This document shows positions 27,545-39,824 of a stretch of 64,000 bases of DNA, piece after piece. The stretch comes from Longimicrobiales bacterium. Lineage in GTDB: Bacteria; Gemmatimonadota; Gemmatimonadetes; Longimicrobiales; Gaopeijiaceae. Made by a program: the position numbers and the translations under genes. The notes under the pieces are model-generated. The model saw only the letters and a program-made list of their open reading frames with translations, did not search any database and had not been told where the DNA came from. The stretch lies in contig CBDBJW010000005.1 of NCBI GenBank assembly GCA_965206505.1, forward strand, positions 567,596 through 631,595, given 5' to 3'. Every line of letters starts with the position of its first letter. The first letter of the stretch is position 1.

Positions 27545-28641
27545 AGATCGACCGTGTCGAAATACGGGAAATCCGAATGCGACTTCGTGAGCCGTTCGAA
27601 GTATCGACGGGCGTCTCCTACGACAGGCGAGTGCTCCTCGTGGCTCTACACTCGGGGGGGATCACAGCCTGGGGAGAGTGTGTGGCCAGCGAAACGCCAG
27701 CTTATTCGTACGAGACCACCGACACGGCATGGTCGATCCTTACGGGCCTGATCCTTCCCAGGGTAGCAGGCGCCGTGGTGGAGTCGTCCGCGGATCTTCT
27801 CCCTGTTTTCGAGGGAATTCGTGGCCATCCCATGGCGAGGGCGGCCGTGGAGATGGCCGCATGGGACCTCGAAGCGAAGGCGGCCGGCGGCTCGCTGGCC
27901 TCACTCGTCGGGGGTGTGCACGACTCGGTTCCCGTGGGGGTCAGCATCGGCCTTCAATCGAGCGACAAGGAATTGCACCGGAAGGTCGCTGACTACATCG
28001 AGGAGGGGTATGGACGTATCAAGGTTAAGATCAAGCCGGGGCGGGACGTATTAATGCTTAAGGGGCTCCGTGACCGGTACCCGGACGTCCCACTCATGGC
28101 GGATGCCAACTCGGCGTATTCACTCGAGGACTTGCCCCACCTGAGGGAGCTGGACGCACTCGATCTCATGATGATCGAGCAACCGCTCGCGCATGACGAC
28201 TACCTCGACCACGCACGGCTCCAGAGTGAAATGGTGACTCCCATCTGTCTCGACGAGTCCATACGGTCGGTCCGCGACGCTGCCCTCGCCCTCGAAATCG
28301 GGGCTTGCCGAATCATCAACATCAAGCCGGGTAGAGTAGGCGGTCTCTCCTCCGCAAAAGCCATCCACGATCTGTGTGTCGAACACAGCATACCTGTCTG
28401 GTGTGGGGGGATGCTCGAGTCGGGCGTCGGACGAGCCCACAACGTCGCTTTGGCCTCGCTCTCTGGATTCACACTCCCTGGGGATATTTCCGCGAGTCGA
28501 CGTTATTGGAACGAGGACATCGTGACCCCGGAGTTCATCCTCGACGGAGGTACAGTTTCCGTCCCGTCTGGGCCGGGGATTGGCGTGGAGGTGAGGGAGG
28601 ATCTGCTGGACGCTTGGGCCGTGCGACAGGCCGATTTCTAG
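27541..28641 (+). CDS. enolase-superfamily o-succinylbenzoate synthase / N-acylamino-acid racemase
   Basis: MKIDRVEIREIRMRLREPFEVSTG, KVKIKPG, MADANSAY, MIEQPL, CLDES, NIKPGRVGG. GTG start. Confidence 0.85.
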   Translation: MKIDRVEIREIRMRLREPFEVSTGVSYDRRVLLVALHSGGITAWGECVASETPAYSYETTDTAWSILTGLILPRVAGAVVESSADLLPVFEGIRGHPMARAAVEMAAWDLEAKAAGGSLASLVGGVHDSVPVGVSIGLQSSDKELHRKVADYIEEGYGRIKVKIKPGRDVLMLKGLRDRYPDVPLMADANSAYSLEDLPHLRELDALDLMMIEQPLAHDDYLDHARLQSEMVTPICLDESIRSVRDAALALEIGACRIINIKPGRVGGLSSAKAIHDLCVEHSIPVWCGGMLESGVGRAHNVALASLSGFTLPGDISASRRYWNEDIVTPEFILDGGTVSVPSGPGIGVEVREDLLDAWAVRQADF

Positions 28642-28758
28642 TGGGATTATGCAGTGGGATCGTCGTTTTTCATCAAATTTCTTGAATCTTTTCGGGAGGT
28701 GTCGAGAATTAGATAAGGGACACGGTGCAAGACTTCAGACATAAAAAGGGAGCGAATC

Positions 28759-29481
28759 ATGATTTTGCCTACGATTCGCGCCTCCCTGAGTCGAAGCGAT
28801 GGGCAGCAGTTGATACGCCTCCTAGGCCGAGAAGACCCGGAGTTGGGTGAGACCGCGCGGCTCCGTCTCGAAGAGCACGGGATTGGGAGTTTATTGGACG
28901 ACCCGAGGATTCGGAATGCACTGCTCACCGACACGGACGTGTCCATCCCTCCCCCAGTCATCTTCTACGTACTCGTGCGGCAAGCTCTGCTGGAGGGAGG
29001 AATCGATGATGAAAGCACCTCCGACTACGTCGCGTCGATGCTGGTTTCGTTCGGTAAGGCTGGGCGCGCGTATCGAATTTCTGGCGAGGACGAGAATGAA
29101 TTCCACTATCTGACAGATATGATCTCGGAGCTTCGAAGCGCCGATGGCGGGCGGCGTTTTCTCCTGCGTGTACACCTGGGAGACTTTGCGCTCTGGATGT
29201 CGGGACTGTTTCCAGACTATCTGGAGCGGCGGACCCGCCGTAAGGGGGCGCCGCCGATCAGCTACTTCGAGGAGTTGGGAGCGACGGGCTACCGTGGCGC
29301 GTCGGAGAGTCTCGAGGCGGGCGAACTCGGGATGGAGACCGTCCTAAGGGATGTGGCGAATCAGTTCAGCGCCGTCCGCACGGCGCTGAATCGGATCTCC
29401 GATCGGCATTTTTGGCCGGGCTCGGGCAACCCGGTCGGCCGTCTCCTGAGAGAAATCTCCCAAATTCCAACGAACTCCTGA
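28759..29481 (+). CDS. hypothetical protein
   Basis: Clean 240-aa ORF with AGGGAG RBS and high GC3. No family recognised. The last 11 codons lie inside a 60-bp repeat (see the repeat features). Confidence 0.55.
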   Translation: MILPTIRASLSRSDGQQLIRLLGREDPELGETARLRLEEHGIGSLLDDPRIRNALLTDTDVSIPPPVIFYVLVRQALLEGGIDDESTSDYVASMLVSFGKAGRAYRISGEDENEFHYLTDMISELRSADGGRRFLLRVHLGDFALWMSGLFPDYLERRTRRKGAPPISYFEELGATGYRGASESLEAGELGMETVLRDVANQFSAVRTALNRISDRHFWPGSGNPVGRLLREISQIPTNS

Positions 29482-29508
29482 CTCCGGCCGTTATACGGCT
29501 ACGGGCCG
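29449..29508 (+). repeat. 60-bp dispersed repeat, copy A
   Basis: AGAGAAATCTCCCAAATTCCAACGAACTCCTGACTCCGGCCGTTATACGGCTACGGGCCG. It matches 34937..34996 at 54 of 60 positions. Confidence 0.7.
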
Positions 29509-29511
29509 AAG

Positions 29512-30222
29512 CTAGCCGGTGAGCTCCGAGAGGGTGACGACGCTACCCCGAGAGGCCCACCGGTCGAGCGTCACCTCCTCGTCTTCGAGGCCCAAGCCCC
29601 ACGTCGCGTCTCGGACCACCGTGACCCGGTATCCCCTCTCCTGCAACCCGTCCACGGCTTGGGTGACGCAAACATCCCGAGCCACACCGATGACCACGAG
29701 CTCCATCTGGCCTTTCAGTTCGTCTGCGAGAGTGGCCACGAAGGTTTCGACGGCGGTGTTGCCCTCGAAGACATCGAAGCGGTTCTTCTGGATGAAGACC
29801 GATCGACCACGGCGGATCGCCTCTCGGGCGGCCGCGGCGGCCTCCACACCGGTGGCTCCGATGGGCAGGACCAGTGGATCGGTCGGCCGAACGACACCTA
29901 TGAGCTCGGCCCCTGCTCGTTGGTCCGGATCGTCGGACCGGCCCATGCAGTGAGGCGGATAGGTGCCCGCCTGGGGGTTCGGGGCGTGAGGATCGATCTC
30001 GGCGTCGTCGAGGGCATGCCAATCCCCCGTATAGACGATGGCGACACAGTTCTCACGCATCCACGTCACCGCATCCCCAAGAGCCGCGACGATGGAGGTG
30101 GCCCCGGGGTCGGAGGCGTCGCCCAGGTCCCGTACGTAGAGGCGCCCATCGGGTTCCATGAAGTCTCTCTGGACGTCTACTACCCACCCGACCCGTATGA
30201 CCGCGCCGGCGCTCGAGGTCAT
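29512..30222 (-). CDS. pncA: isochorismatase-family hydrolase, probable nicotinamidase
   Basis: VVDVQRDFMEPDGRLYV, GVARDVCVTQAV (catalytic Cys context). Translationally coupled (ATGA) to a nicotinate phosphoribosyltransferase gene. Confidence 0.7.
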   Translation of the reverse strand: MTSSAGAVIRVGWVVDVQRDFMEPDGRLYVRDLGDASDPGATSIVAALGDAVTWMRENCVAIVYTGDWHALDDAEIDPHAPNPQAGTYPPHCMGRSDDPDQRAGAELIGVVRPTDPLVLPIGATGVEAAAAAREAIRRGRSVFIQKNRFDVFEGNTAVETFVATLADELKGQMELVVIGVARDVCVTQAVDGLQERGYRVTVVRDATWGLGLEDEEVTLDRWASRGSVVTLSELTG

Positions 30223-31319
30223 GAGACGGTATCCATCCGCGGGTTGGGGCGATGCCAGCGGCCCGTCTTTGCGGAAGGGTTGCCCTCGACCAATACGATG
30301 TCCGCCGTGAAGTCGTAACTGCCTCGAACCAGCGTCGAGCCCACGCCGTAGGAATCCACGGGCACTCCCGCTTCCTTGAAACGACGGATCTTGTCCACAT
30401 CGAAGCCGCCCGATACCACGATCTTCACATGCGTGAACCCCTCCCGGTCGAGAGCGTCTCGCACCTTCTCCACCAATCTCGGATTAACCCCACGGGGATC
30501 GAAGTCACCCATCTCCCCCTGAAGGGACTGGTCCACCAGGTCGGCCGCCGTGTCGAGGCGGACCCCCCAGAGGCGCTCCCCCAGAGCCCGTGCCACCGTC
30601 AGGGAGGTCTGCACACAGTCGTTTTCGAAGTCCACAAGGGCGATGATGCTCACGTCGTCGGAGATGTGACGCACCACGGCTTCGGTGGCCCTCACGGTGT
30701 CCCCGCCGTAGGCGGCGATGAGCGCGTGGGGAATGGTCCCGTCACCCTCACTCCCCCAACAGGAGGCCTGCGCGTCGGTCGAGACTCCGATGGCACCGGC
30801 CACGTGGGCCGCCCAGCCATCGCCGGTCTGTACCATCCAATGGTCGTGTCGAGCGGGGAAGAACAGGACCGGTTGGGGCCAGGCGGCCTCGACGACCTCA
30901 CGGGTGCGCGTCGCGATCTTGGTGCGACGGCCCAGAACCCCCACGTAGAGCGTCTCGAGGTGGGCGAAGGCCGCGTATGGCCCACGGATCAGCATGACCG
31001 TCTCCCATGGCGCGACACGATCCCCGTCCCGCAAGGAGGATACCTCGAGGTCGGAGAAGGAATAGCCATCGGTCAAGCAAAGCTTGAGGATGGCGATGGC
31101 CTCGTCGGTACCGGCCACCAAAGCCCGGTTCTTCTGAAAGACCTGTATCGTTACAACGGGGTCGTGCCCGTCAGCGATCAGCACGTCCCGGGCCCGGACA
31201 AAGTACTTGTCCGAGTAGTACCCCGCCTTCATCCTCTCCGCCGGGAGCTGGAAAACCTCGGGATCGAGACGATCCCCATCCCGAATGGGATCCTGAGGAC
31301 CCACCGAGGCGGTGCTCAC
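30219..31319 (-). CDS. pncB: nicotinate phosphoribosyltransferase
   Basis: YYSDKYFVRARDVL, QVFQKN.ALVAGTDEAIAILK, GVRLDT, VKIVVSGGFD. Start placed at GTG 31319, preceded by GAGGAGG. Confidence 0.8.
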   Translation of the reverse strand: MSTASVGPQDPIRDGDRLDPEVFQLPAERMKAGYYSDKYFVRARDVLIADGHDPVVTIQVFQKNRALVAGTDEAIAILKLCLTDGYSFSDLEVSSLRDGDRVAPWETVMLIRGPYAAFAHLETLYVGVLGRRTKIATRTREVVEAAWPQPVLFFPARHDHWMVQTGDGWAAHVAGAIGVSTDAQASCWGSEGDGTIPHALIAAYGGDTVRATEAVVRHISDDVSIIALVDFENDCVQTSLTVARALGERLWGVRLDTAADLVDQSLQGEMGDFDPRGVNPRLVEKVRDALDREGFTHVKIVVSGGFDVDKIRRFKEAGVPVDSYGVGSTLVRGSYDFTADIVLVEGNPSAKTGRWHRPNPRMDTVS

Positions 31320-31519
31320 CCGACCTCCTCTCGCTGTCGCGTCGTGTAGACGATAATCCTTTTCTTCACCGGTACGCCTCCTCTCGTGCAAAGAAAGTAA
31401 GATCTCCCGATCCTTGCCGCTTTGGTGCGTGACGTGCATAATCGAGCGGGTGAGGGCGACGGGGCCGCGAGGCCCTCCGGCCGCTCTGGCCACCACCGTA
31501 CGGAGGAGGAGGGTCGACC

Positions 31520-31636
31520 ATGTCCATCACGACCAGCCGCTTCACCAATGAGAAGGCCCTCTGTGGAAGCGTTTCGAGTAATGTGGTCCGCCACGACGGT
31601 ACTGTCCTGGAAGACGAGATCATTTACGGGCAATAG
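31520..31636 (+). CDS. 38-codon small ORF upstream of frdA (speculative)
   Basis: MSITTSRFTNEKALCGSVSSNVVRHDGTVLEDEIIYGQ. Preceded by an unusually strong GGAGGAGGAGGG Shine-Dalgarno 6 nt from the ATG. No homology recognised. Confidence 0.25.
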   Translation: MSITTSRFTNEKALCGSVSSNVVRHDGTVLEDEIIYGQ

Positions 31637-31666
31637 AGTTTCTAGATCTCGGTTCCGGGTCCTGTC

Positions 31667-33406
31667 GTGACCGCTTCTCATGACGTAGTGCTGGTGGGGG
31701 GCGGCGGAGCAGGATTACGTGCGGCCATCGCCATCGCGGAAACCAACCCGCACCTCAGCATCGCCGTCGTCTCCAAGGTGTATCCCATGCGCAGCCACAC
31801 GGTCTCGGCAGAGGGCGGCGCTGCAGGAGTGATCGCCGAAGACGACTCCCTCGACGAGCACGCCTACGACACCATCTCCGGTGGCGCTTGGCTGTGTGAT
31901 CAAGACGCCGTCGACGAGTTCGTGAGGGAGGCGCCCCAGGAGTTGCTCAGGTTGGAACACTGGGGTTGTCCCTGGAGTCGCACCCCCGAGGGGCGAGTGG
32001 CGGTGCGTTCGTTCGGCGGCATGAAGAACAAGCGAACGTGGTACGCAGCCGACAAGACCGGCTTCCACATGCTCCACACGCTGTTTCAGACCTCACTCAA
32101 GTACACGAGCGTCGTACGCTACGACGAATGGTTCGTGACGAAGCTCCTGGTCGATGATGGCTGGGTCCAGGGCGTCGTGGCGCTGGAGCTGATGTCTGGG
32201 AGGATTGAGCCGATTCTGGCCAAGGCCGTCATTCTGTGCACTGGCGGGTGCGGCCGCGTATTTCCGTTCACCACCAACGCCAGCATCAAGACCGGCGACG
32301 GCATGGCGTTGGCCTACACGGCCGGCACCCCGCTCAAGGACATGGAGTTTGTCCAGTATCACCCGACGGGCCTCCCGTTCACCGGCATCCTCATCACCGA
32401 GGCCTCACGGGCCGAGGGAGGCTGGTTGCTCAACAAAGACGGCTACCGCTACTTGCAGGACTACGATCTGGGCACGCCGGAGCCGAAACCGGTTCTGCGA
32501 AGCATGGAGTTGGGGCCTCGGGACCGTCTGTCCCAGGCCTTCGTCAAGGAGGTGGAGAAAGGGCGGACCATCGATGGTCCTTACGGCCCGGTGGTTCACC
32601 TCGACCTGCGGCATTTGGGCGAGCAGCTCATCGACGCCAGGATTCCGTTCGTGCGCGAGTTGTGTCAGAAATACCAGAATATCGACCCGGTCAAGGAGAT
32701 GATCCCGGTGCGGCCGGTCATCCACTACATGATGGGGGGGGTCCACACTGACATCGACGGTGCGACCCACCTGGCTGGGCTTTATGCGGCTGGTGAGGTC
32801 GCGTGCGTGAACATCAACGGCGCGAACCGGCTGGGGTCCAATTCCCTAACGGAACTGCTCGTTTTCGGCGCACGCGCCGGCCTTGCAGCGGCGGAGTACG
32901 CGTCCACCCGCACGGATCCGAGCTCCAGCCTGCTGGCGCAGGCAGAGGATGAAAAACGGCGTTTGGAGCGCGACTTCCTGCACAAGACGGATGGCGCAGA
33001 ACGCCCCGCGACTATTCGCGAGGAGATGCAGGAGACCATGGAGCAAGGCGCCGGCATCTATCGCTCGGGCGAGGGACTGACCCGGGCTGCCGACCGGCTG
33101 CGTGAGCTGCAGGAGCGTTTTCGTAACGTGGCCGTGCAGGATAGCAGCCGAACGTTCAACACCGAGCTGATCTCCGTCTTGGAGCTGTCCGCCATGCTCG
33201 ACGTTGCCGAGTCGATGATCCAGTCCGCGCTGTGGCGCGAAGAGTCCCGAGGCGCACACCAAAGGACGGACTTCACCGAACGTGACGACGAACGTTTTCT
33301 GGCGCACTCGCTCACCTATCGTAATTCCGACGGCTCCTCCAGAGTCGAATCCCTGCCGGTGACGATTACTCGGTGGCCCCCTGGCGAGCGAGTATACGGG
33401 AGGTAA
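31667..33406 (+). CDS. frdA: fumarate reductase / succinate dehydrogenase flavoprotein subunit
   Basis: [25 protein letters not shown] (His for covalent FAD), HPTG, RAEGG, HYMMGG, SRGAHQR. Confidence 0.9.
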   Translation: MTASHDVVLVGGGGAGLRAAIAIAETNPHLSIAVVSKVYPMRSHTVSAEGGAAGVIAEDDSLDEHAYDTISGGAWLCDQDAVDEFVREAPQELLRLEHWGCPWSRTPEGRVAVRSFGGMKNKRTWYAADKTGFHMLHTLFQTSLKYTSVVRYDEWFVTKLLVDDGWVQGVVALELMSGRIEPILAKAVILCTGGCGRVFPFTTNASIKTGDGMALAYTAGTPLKDMEFVQYHPTGLPFTGILITEASRAEGGWLLNKDGYRYLQDYDLGTPEPKPVLRSMELGPRDRLSQAFVKEVEKGRTIDGPYGPVVHLDLRHLGEQLIDARIPFVRELCQKYQNIDPVKEMIPVRPVIHYMMGGVHTDIDGATHLAGLYAAGEVACVNINGANRLGSNSLTELLVFGARAGLAAAEYASTRTDPSSSLLAQAEDEKRRLERDFLHKTDGAERPATIREEMQETMEQGAGIYRSGEGLTRAADRLRELQERFRNVAVQDSSRTFNTELISVLELSAMLDVAESMIQSALWREESRGAHQRTDFTERDDERFLAHSLTYRNSDGSSRVESLPVTITRWPPGERVYGR

Positions 33407-33411
33407 CAACT

Positions 33412-34155
33412 ATGGATGAGCGTATCACCCTGCAGCTGGCACGGTACCGTCCCGAGGAGGAGGACGAGCCGACGTTCGAGGAATACGAGGTGCCGTGCCA
33501 CAAGGAGTGGGTGGTTCTCGACGGGCTCAACTACATCAAGGACCAGCTGGACGGGACATTGTCGTACCGTTGGTCGTGTCGCATGGGCATCTGCGGTAGT
33601 TGCGGCGTGACCGTCAACGGAGAGCCGAAGCTGACATGCGCAACGTTCCTCACCGATTACGCGCCGGGTCCCGTGCGTCTCGAGCCGATGCAAAATTTCC
33701 CCGTCATCCGGGACCTCATCGTCGAGATGACGGACTTCATGCAAAAGCTGACCACGATCAAACCCTGGATCGTGCGCGACGAGGAACGACCCCTGGAGGA
33801 AGGAGAATACAGGCAAACGCCGGATGAGCTGAGCGAGTACAAGCAGTACAGCATGTGCATCAATTGTATGCTGTGCTACGCCGCCTGCCCGGTTTACGGC
33901 CTCGACCCGGAGTTCCTCGGGCCGGCCGCGATCGCCACGGCCCAGCGGTACAATCTCGACTCCCGCGACGAGGGATCCGACGAGCGTCTCGACCTTCTTT
34001 CCCTGCACGAGGGAATCTGGGCCTGCACCTTCGTGGGCGAATGTACCGAGGTCTGTCCGAAGAACGTCGATCCGGCCGGCGCCATACAGCGTTACAAGCT
34101 GGATGCTGCGCTGTCGTCGCTCAAACGTTTCGTTTTGCCGTGGGGTGCCAGATGA
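33412..34155 (+). CDS. frdB: fumarate reductase iron-sulfur subunit
   Basis: [11 protein letters not shown] (2Fe-2S), [12 protein letters not shown] (4Fe-4S), [12 protein letters not shown] (3Fe-4S). GGAGG RBS. Confidence 0.9.
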   Translation: MDERITLQLARYRPEEEDEPTFEEYEVPCHKEWVVLDGLNYIKDQLDGTLSYRWSCRMGICGSCGVTVNGEPKLTCATFLTDYAPGPVRLEPMQNFPVIRDLIVEMTDFMQKLTTIKPWIVRDEERPLEEGEYRQTPDELSEYKQYSMCINCMLCYAACPVYGLDPEFLGPAAIATAQRYNLDSRDEGSDERLDLLSLHEGIWACTFVGECTEVCPKNVDPAGAIQRYKLDAALSSLKRFVLPWGAR

Positions 34156-34574
34156 GCGAGCAACCGACATACACGCCTTTCCACCCTCGCTGGTATCGTC
34201 CGCGGGTTTCCACGTGGTGGTGGTTGAAGCGCTCGTCCTCGCGCGCGTTCATCTTGCGCGAGGTGAGCAGCATCTTCGTGGCGTGGTTCGTCTTATTCTT
34301 TCTGTTGCTGGTCGCTGCAGTGGGGCGTGGAGAGGCTGCTTACCAGGAGTTCATGAGTTGGGCCGCGAACCCGGGCATCGTGCTCGTCAACCTCGTCAGC
34401 CTGCTCTTTGTCGTATTCCACGCCATCACTTGGTTCAACCTGGCACCCCAGGCGATGGTGGTGCACATGCGAGGCAAGCGAGTGCCGGGGAAATTGATTG
34501 CCGCCTCCAACTACGGCCTGTGGGTGGTGACGTCTCTCCTGGTGGCGTGGATCATCCTCGCTGGGTCGAGGTAG
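34152..34574 (+). CDS. frdC: fumarate reductase membrane subunit C
   Basis: [27 protein letters not shown] ... [27 protein letters not shown] parallels E. coli FrdC (STWWKKLPFYRFYMLREGT...[27 protein letters not shown]). Confidence 0.85.
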   Translation: MSEQPTYTPFHPRWYRPRVSTWWWLKRSSSRAFILREVSSIFVAWFVLFFLLLVAAVGRGEAAYQEFMSWAANPGIVLVNLVSLLFVVFHAITWFNLAPQAMVVHMRGKRVPGKLIAASNYGLWVVTSLLVAWIILAGSR

Positions 34575-34576
34575 CG

Positions 34577-34930
34577 ATGGCAAAGCGAGTAACGCTCGAG
34601 CCGCTCTTGTGGCTTCTCTTCAGCGCCGGGGGCGTGGTGGCTGCCCTGGTGATCCCGGTCCTGCTGTTGCTGTTCGGCCTCGTCTTCCCTCTCGGGCTCT
34701 CGCCCCCCAGCCATGAGCACATGCTCGCGGTTCTGGGCCACCCACTTTCGCGCGTGACGATTTTCGTGTCGTGCACGTTGTTGTTGTTTCACTCGGCGCA
34801 CCGCGTTCGCTTCACACTGTATGACGCGTTGCAGATCAAGCACCTGAACGAGTTGGTCATCCTGCTGGTTTACGGGGCCCTGCTCGTCGGTAGCGTTGCT
34901 GCAGGGTATCTCGTATGGCAGCTTCCATAG
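34577..34930 (+). CDS. frdD: fumarate reductase membrane subunit D
   Basis: EPLLWLLFSAGGVVAALVIPVLLLLFGLVFPLGL...LLLFHSAHRVRFTLYD parallels E. coli FrdD ([34 protein letters not shown]...LHRMHHAMHD). Confidence 0.8.
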   Translation: MAKRVTLEPLLWLLFSAGGVVAALVIPVLLLLFGLVFPLGLSPPSHEHMLAVLGHPLSRVTIFVSCTLLLFHSAHRVRFTLYDALQIKHLNELVILLVYGALLVGSVAAGYLVWQLP

Positions 34931-34936
34931 GGGAGT

Positions 34937-34996
34937 AGAGAAATCTCCCGAATTCCAGAGAACTTCTGACTCCGGCCGCTATGCGGCTACGGGCCG
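34937..34996 (+). repeat. 60-bp dispersed repeat, copy B
   Basis: AGAGAAATCTCCCGAATTCCAGAGAACTTCTGACTCCGGCCGCTATGCGGCTACGGGCCG. The central hairpin GCCGC-TAT-GCGGC differs from copy A (GCCGT-TAT-ACGGC) by a compensatory pair. Confidence 0.7.
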
Positions 34997-36106
34997 CAGG
35001 CAGGCGGCGCAGAACCTCCACTTCGTTCTCAATACCGCTCCACAGGTACATACTCGTCGCGCCATTCGCCCACAGTGTGGACAGCCCAGGGCATCCCATG
35101 GAACCTCCCCGCCACAGTCTGAGCAGGGTGCGATCGATCCAACGTCGCTCCGTATGACCCGAGCTGCCTCGTGCGGCGAAGTGAGGCCTTCGGACACCTT
35201 CCGGTTCACGTCTTCCGTCAGGGAGGCCATACCACTTTCGGCTGCAAGCCGCCCAAGATCCGACGCCGAGGCACCGCACATGATCTCGTCACGAATCGCG
35301 TCGTTCATCGCCAGCACTTGAAAGACTCCGGTCCGGCCCGAGTACCCATCTTCGCACCGGGTACAGGCTTCGGGGTTCCGGTCGCGGCAGAAGCGACAGA
35401 AGGTCCGCACGAGGCGCTGGGCGACAACGCCACTCAGACCACCCGCCACCAAATGGTGCGGCACCCCCATATGGAGAAGCCTGGTGATAGCCCCGGGGGC
35501 GTCTGTCGCATGAATCGTGGAGAGCACGAGGTGACCTGTAACCGCGGCACCCATGGCGATTTCCGCGGTTTCGCGATCCCGAATTTCACCGACCATTACG
35601 ACGTCGGGATCCTGCCGGAGGATGGCGCGGAGGGCCACGGGAAAGGTCAGCCCCGTGAGCGGGCTCACCTGGACCTGGTTGATGCCGGGGATGCGGTATT
35701 CCATAGGGTCTTCGACGGTGACCACGTTGAGCCCCTCTTGGTTCAGCTCGGCCAGAGCGGCAAACAGGCTGCTACTCTTGCCGCTTCCGGTCGGCCCGGC
35801 AGCGAGGATCACGCCCTGCCCAGCTTGGCCAAGTCGCCGCACGAGGGAGGCGTCGCGTCCGGAGGGGCCGAGTGCGTCGAGGTTTCGAGGCACCTTTAGC
35901 GGGTCCAGAAGCCTCAGCACGATCTTCTCACCCCCTGCCACAGGTAGTGCCGACGCCCGAATCCTCAGGGATCCGGCCGCGTGCTCGACGGTGAGACCGC
36001 CGTCCTGGGGCCTTCTCTTAACGGAGATATCCATTCCCGACATCACCTTGATCCGTGATGTGATCGAAGCCAGACCGCTCGCTGGAAGTGTGAGAGAGCG
36101 GCGCAG
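34979..36106 (-). pseudogene. GspE/PilB-type secretion ATPase, 5'-truncated at an IS30 end, with a C-terminal double zinc-ribbon tail
   Basis: ITSRIKVMSGMDISVKRRPQDG, Walker A GPTGSGKSS, VEDPMEY, ILRQDPDVVMVGEIRD, TGHLVLSTIHA. The N1 and N-terminal domains are missing. The apparent first 8-9 codons are actually the IS30 inverted repeat. Tail: CSDCGGEVPWDALGCPHCGRMARRVCTCGAVLRTKWRFCAAC. Confidence 0.75.
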
Positions 36107-38664
<2,558 letters not shown>

Positions 38665-38968
38665 GACCCCATCCTCTCAACTGATGGAGTCTCCGGCAAA
38701 CCCGGCGCGATTCAAACCCTCCCTGGCCGACCCTCCCAACGAACCACCCCGGGCCCCGAGATCGGTCCCCCCCCAATAACCTTTCTCATCCTGTAACTTG
38801 GTGTCGTTTAATCATATAAGGTGTGACACACGCTCTGTATGGCCCGTAGAGTGGGTAAGAAGTGGAGTTTGGCCCGCTTCCTGCTCTTGAAATGTCCGAC
38901 CGCCCCAGGGGGCGGTTTCAATCGGTGGAAAGGGTCGAAACACCCGGGAAGAGGGGGTGGAGAATAGA

Positions 38969-39082
38969 ATGTTTACCGAGGTGAAAACAACGACGCGAAG
39001 CATGAAGGCGATCCGCGTGGGACTGATTGTTACGTCTTGGGCGTTTCTCATACTCGGCTTCGTGCTGACGCACAACGTATAA
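38969..39082 (+). CDS. 37-aa single-TM small ORF (speculative)
   Basis: MFTEVKTTTRSMKAIRVGLIVTSWAFLILGFVLTHNV, with GGGGTGGAG upstream. It lies in an otherwise non-coding, lower-GC 540-bp gap, with a terminator 95 nt downstream. Confidence 0.2.
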   Translation: MFTEVKTTTRSMKAIRVGLIVTSWAFLILGFVLTHNV

Positions 39083-39175
39083 GCACTCGGGTGTCCGCCT
39101 GACGGACGCCTGTGTGTTCTGCCAATATGGCAGTGAAGGCATGTCAGGAATGAAATTTGCCGAAATGGCAGGAGT

Positions 39176-39211
39176 GGGCTCCGTAGCCGAATGGTTACGG
39201 AGCCTCTTTTT
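39176..39211 (+). terminator. rho-independent terminator
   Basis: GGCTCCGTA-gccgaatggt-TACGGAGCC (9-bp stem) followed by TCTTTTTTG. Confidence 0.6.
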
Positions 39212-39251
39212 TGGGGGTTGTGATCGATGCTTCCAACCCCCACGTCCTGTT

Positions 39252-39590
39252 CTAAAACGTCCCGACCACCCCGAAAAAAATCTGCCCGTCGTTGTTGGAT
39301 AGAGCTCCGCGGGACTCTGCCTCCGAGTCGTAGCTGTCGACGAACGAGAACTGAACGCCGATGCGTTGACTGAGTTGGAATGCGAGGCTGCTGCGCGACG
39401 TGACCGTGAAAACACCCAACTCCCGAACCTCCGGCTCGATCGAGGTCTCGGTCTCAAAACGGACGCGCCCGCCGTCGGTCCGGCGTTCGAGACGAAAGCC
39501 GGTGGCCCATTTGGCGACCACCTCCTCCGGCACACCTGCCTCCTCTTGGTCCGCCTGCTGAGCGACCAGGCCGAGGGGGGCCAACGCCAA
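39252..39590 (-). CDS. small outer-membrane beta-barrel-like protein (DUF481-like C-terminus), possibly frameshifted in its signal peptide
   Basis: Alternating beta-strand pattern ending in ...IFFGVVGTF (C-terminal Phe). A signal-peptide-like MKRSISSLLHLGFLCLGVG is in a different frame just upstream (39636 downwards), while ...FVLALAPLGLVAQQ continues in this frame. Confidence 0.4.
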   Translation of the reverse strand: MALAPLGLVAQQADQEEAGVPEEVVAKWATGFRLERRTDGGRVRFETETSIEPEVRELGVFTVTSRSSLAFQLSQRIGVQFSFVDSYDSEAESRGALSNNDGQIFFGVVGTF

Positions 39591-39824
39591 GACAAAGGAA
39601 GCCGAGGTGAAGGAGGCTGGAAATGGACCGCTTCATATTCAGAGTTCCTTTAGAGGGCATGAGCTTCGGGTCATGTCATGGCCGGTGTTGGGCAGGCTGT
39701 GATTCCCCTTGCCCCCCCGATCACTCTCGGGCACGTTACGGCTCCCTTATTCCGCCTCCGCGGAGAGGGTGAAATACATCCGCCAACGGCCGGAGACGGT
39801 CGCGAACGATTTTTCAGGCCTTAT

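Noticed and set aside
30252-31349. 365-aa plus-strand ORF.
   Set aside because: It is antisense to the nicotinate phosphoribosyltransferase gene and has no motifs of its own.
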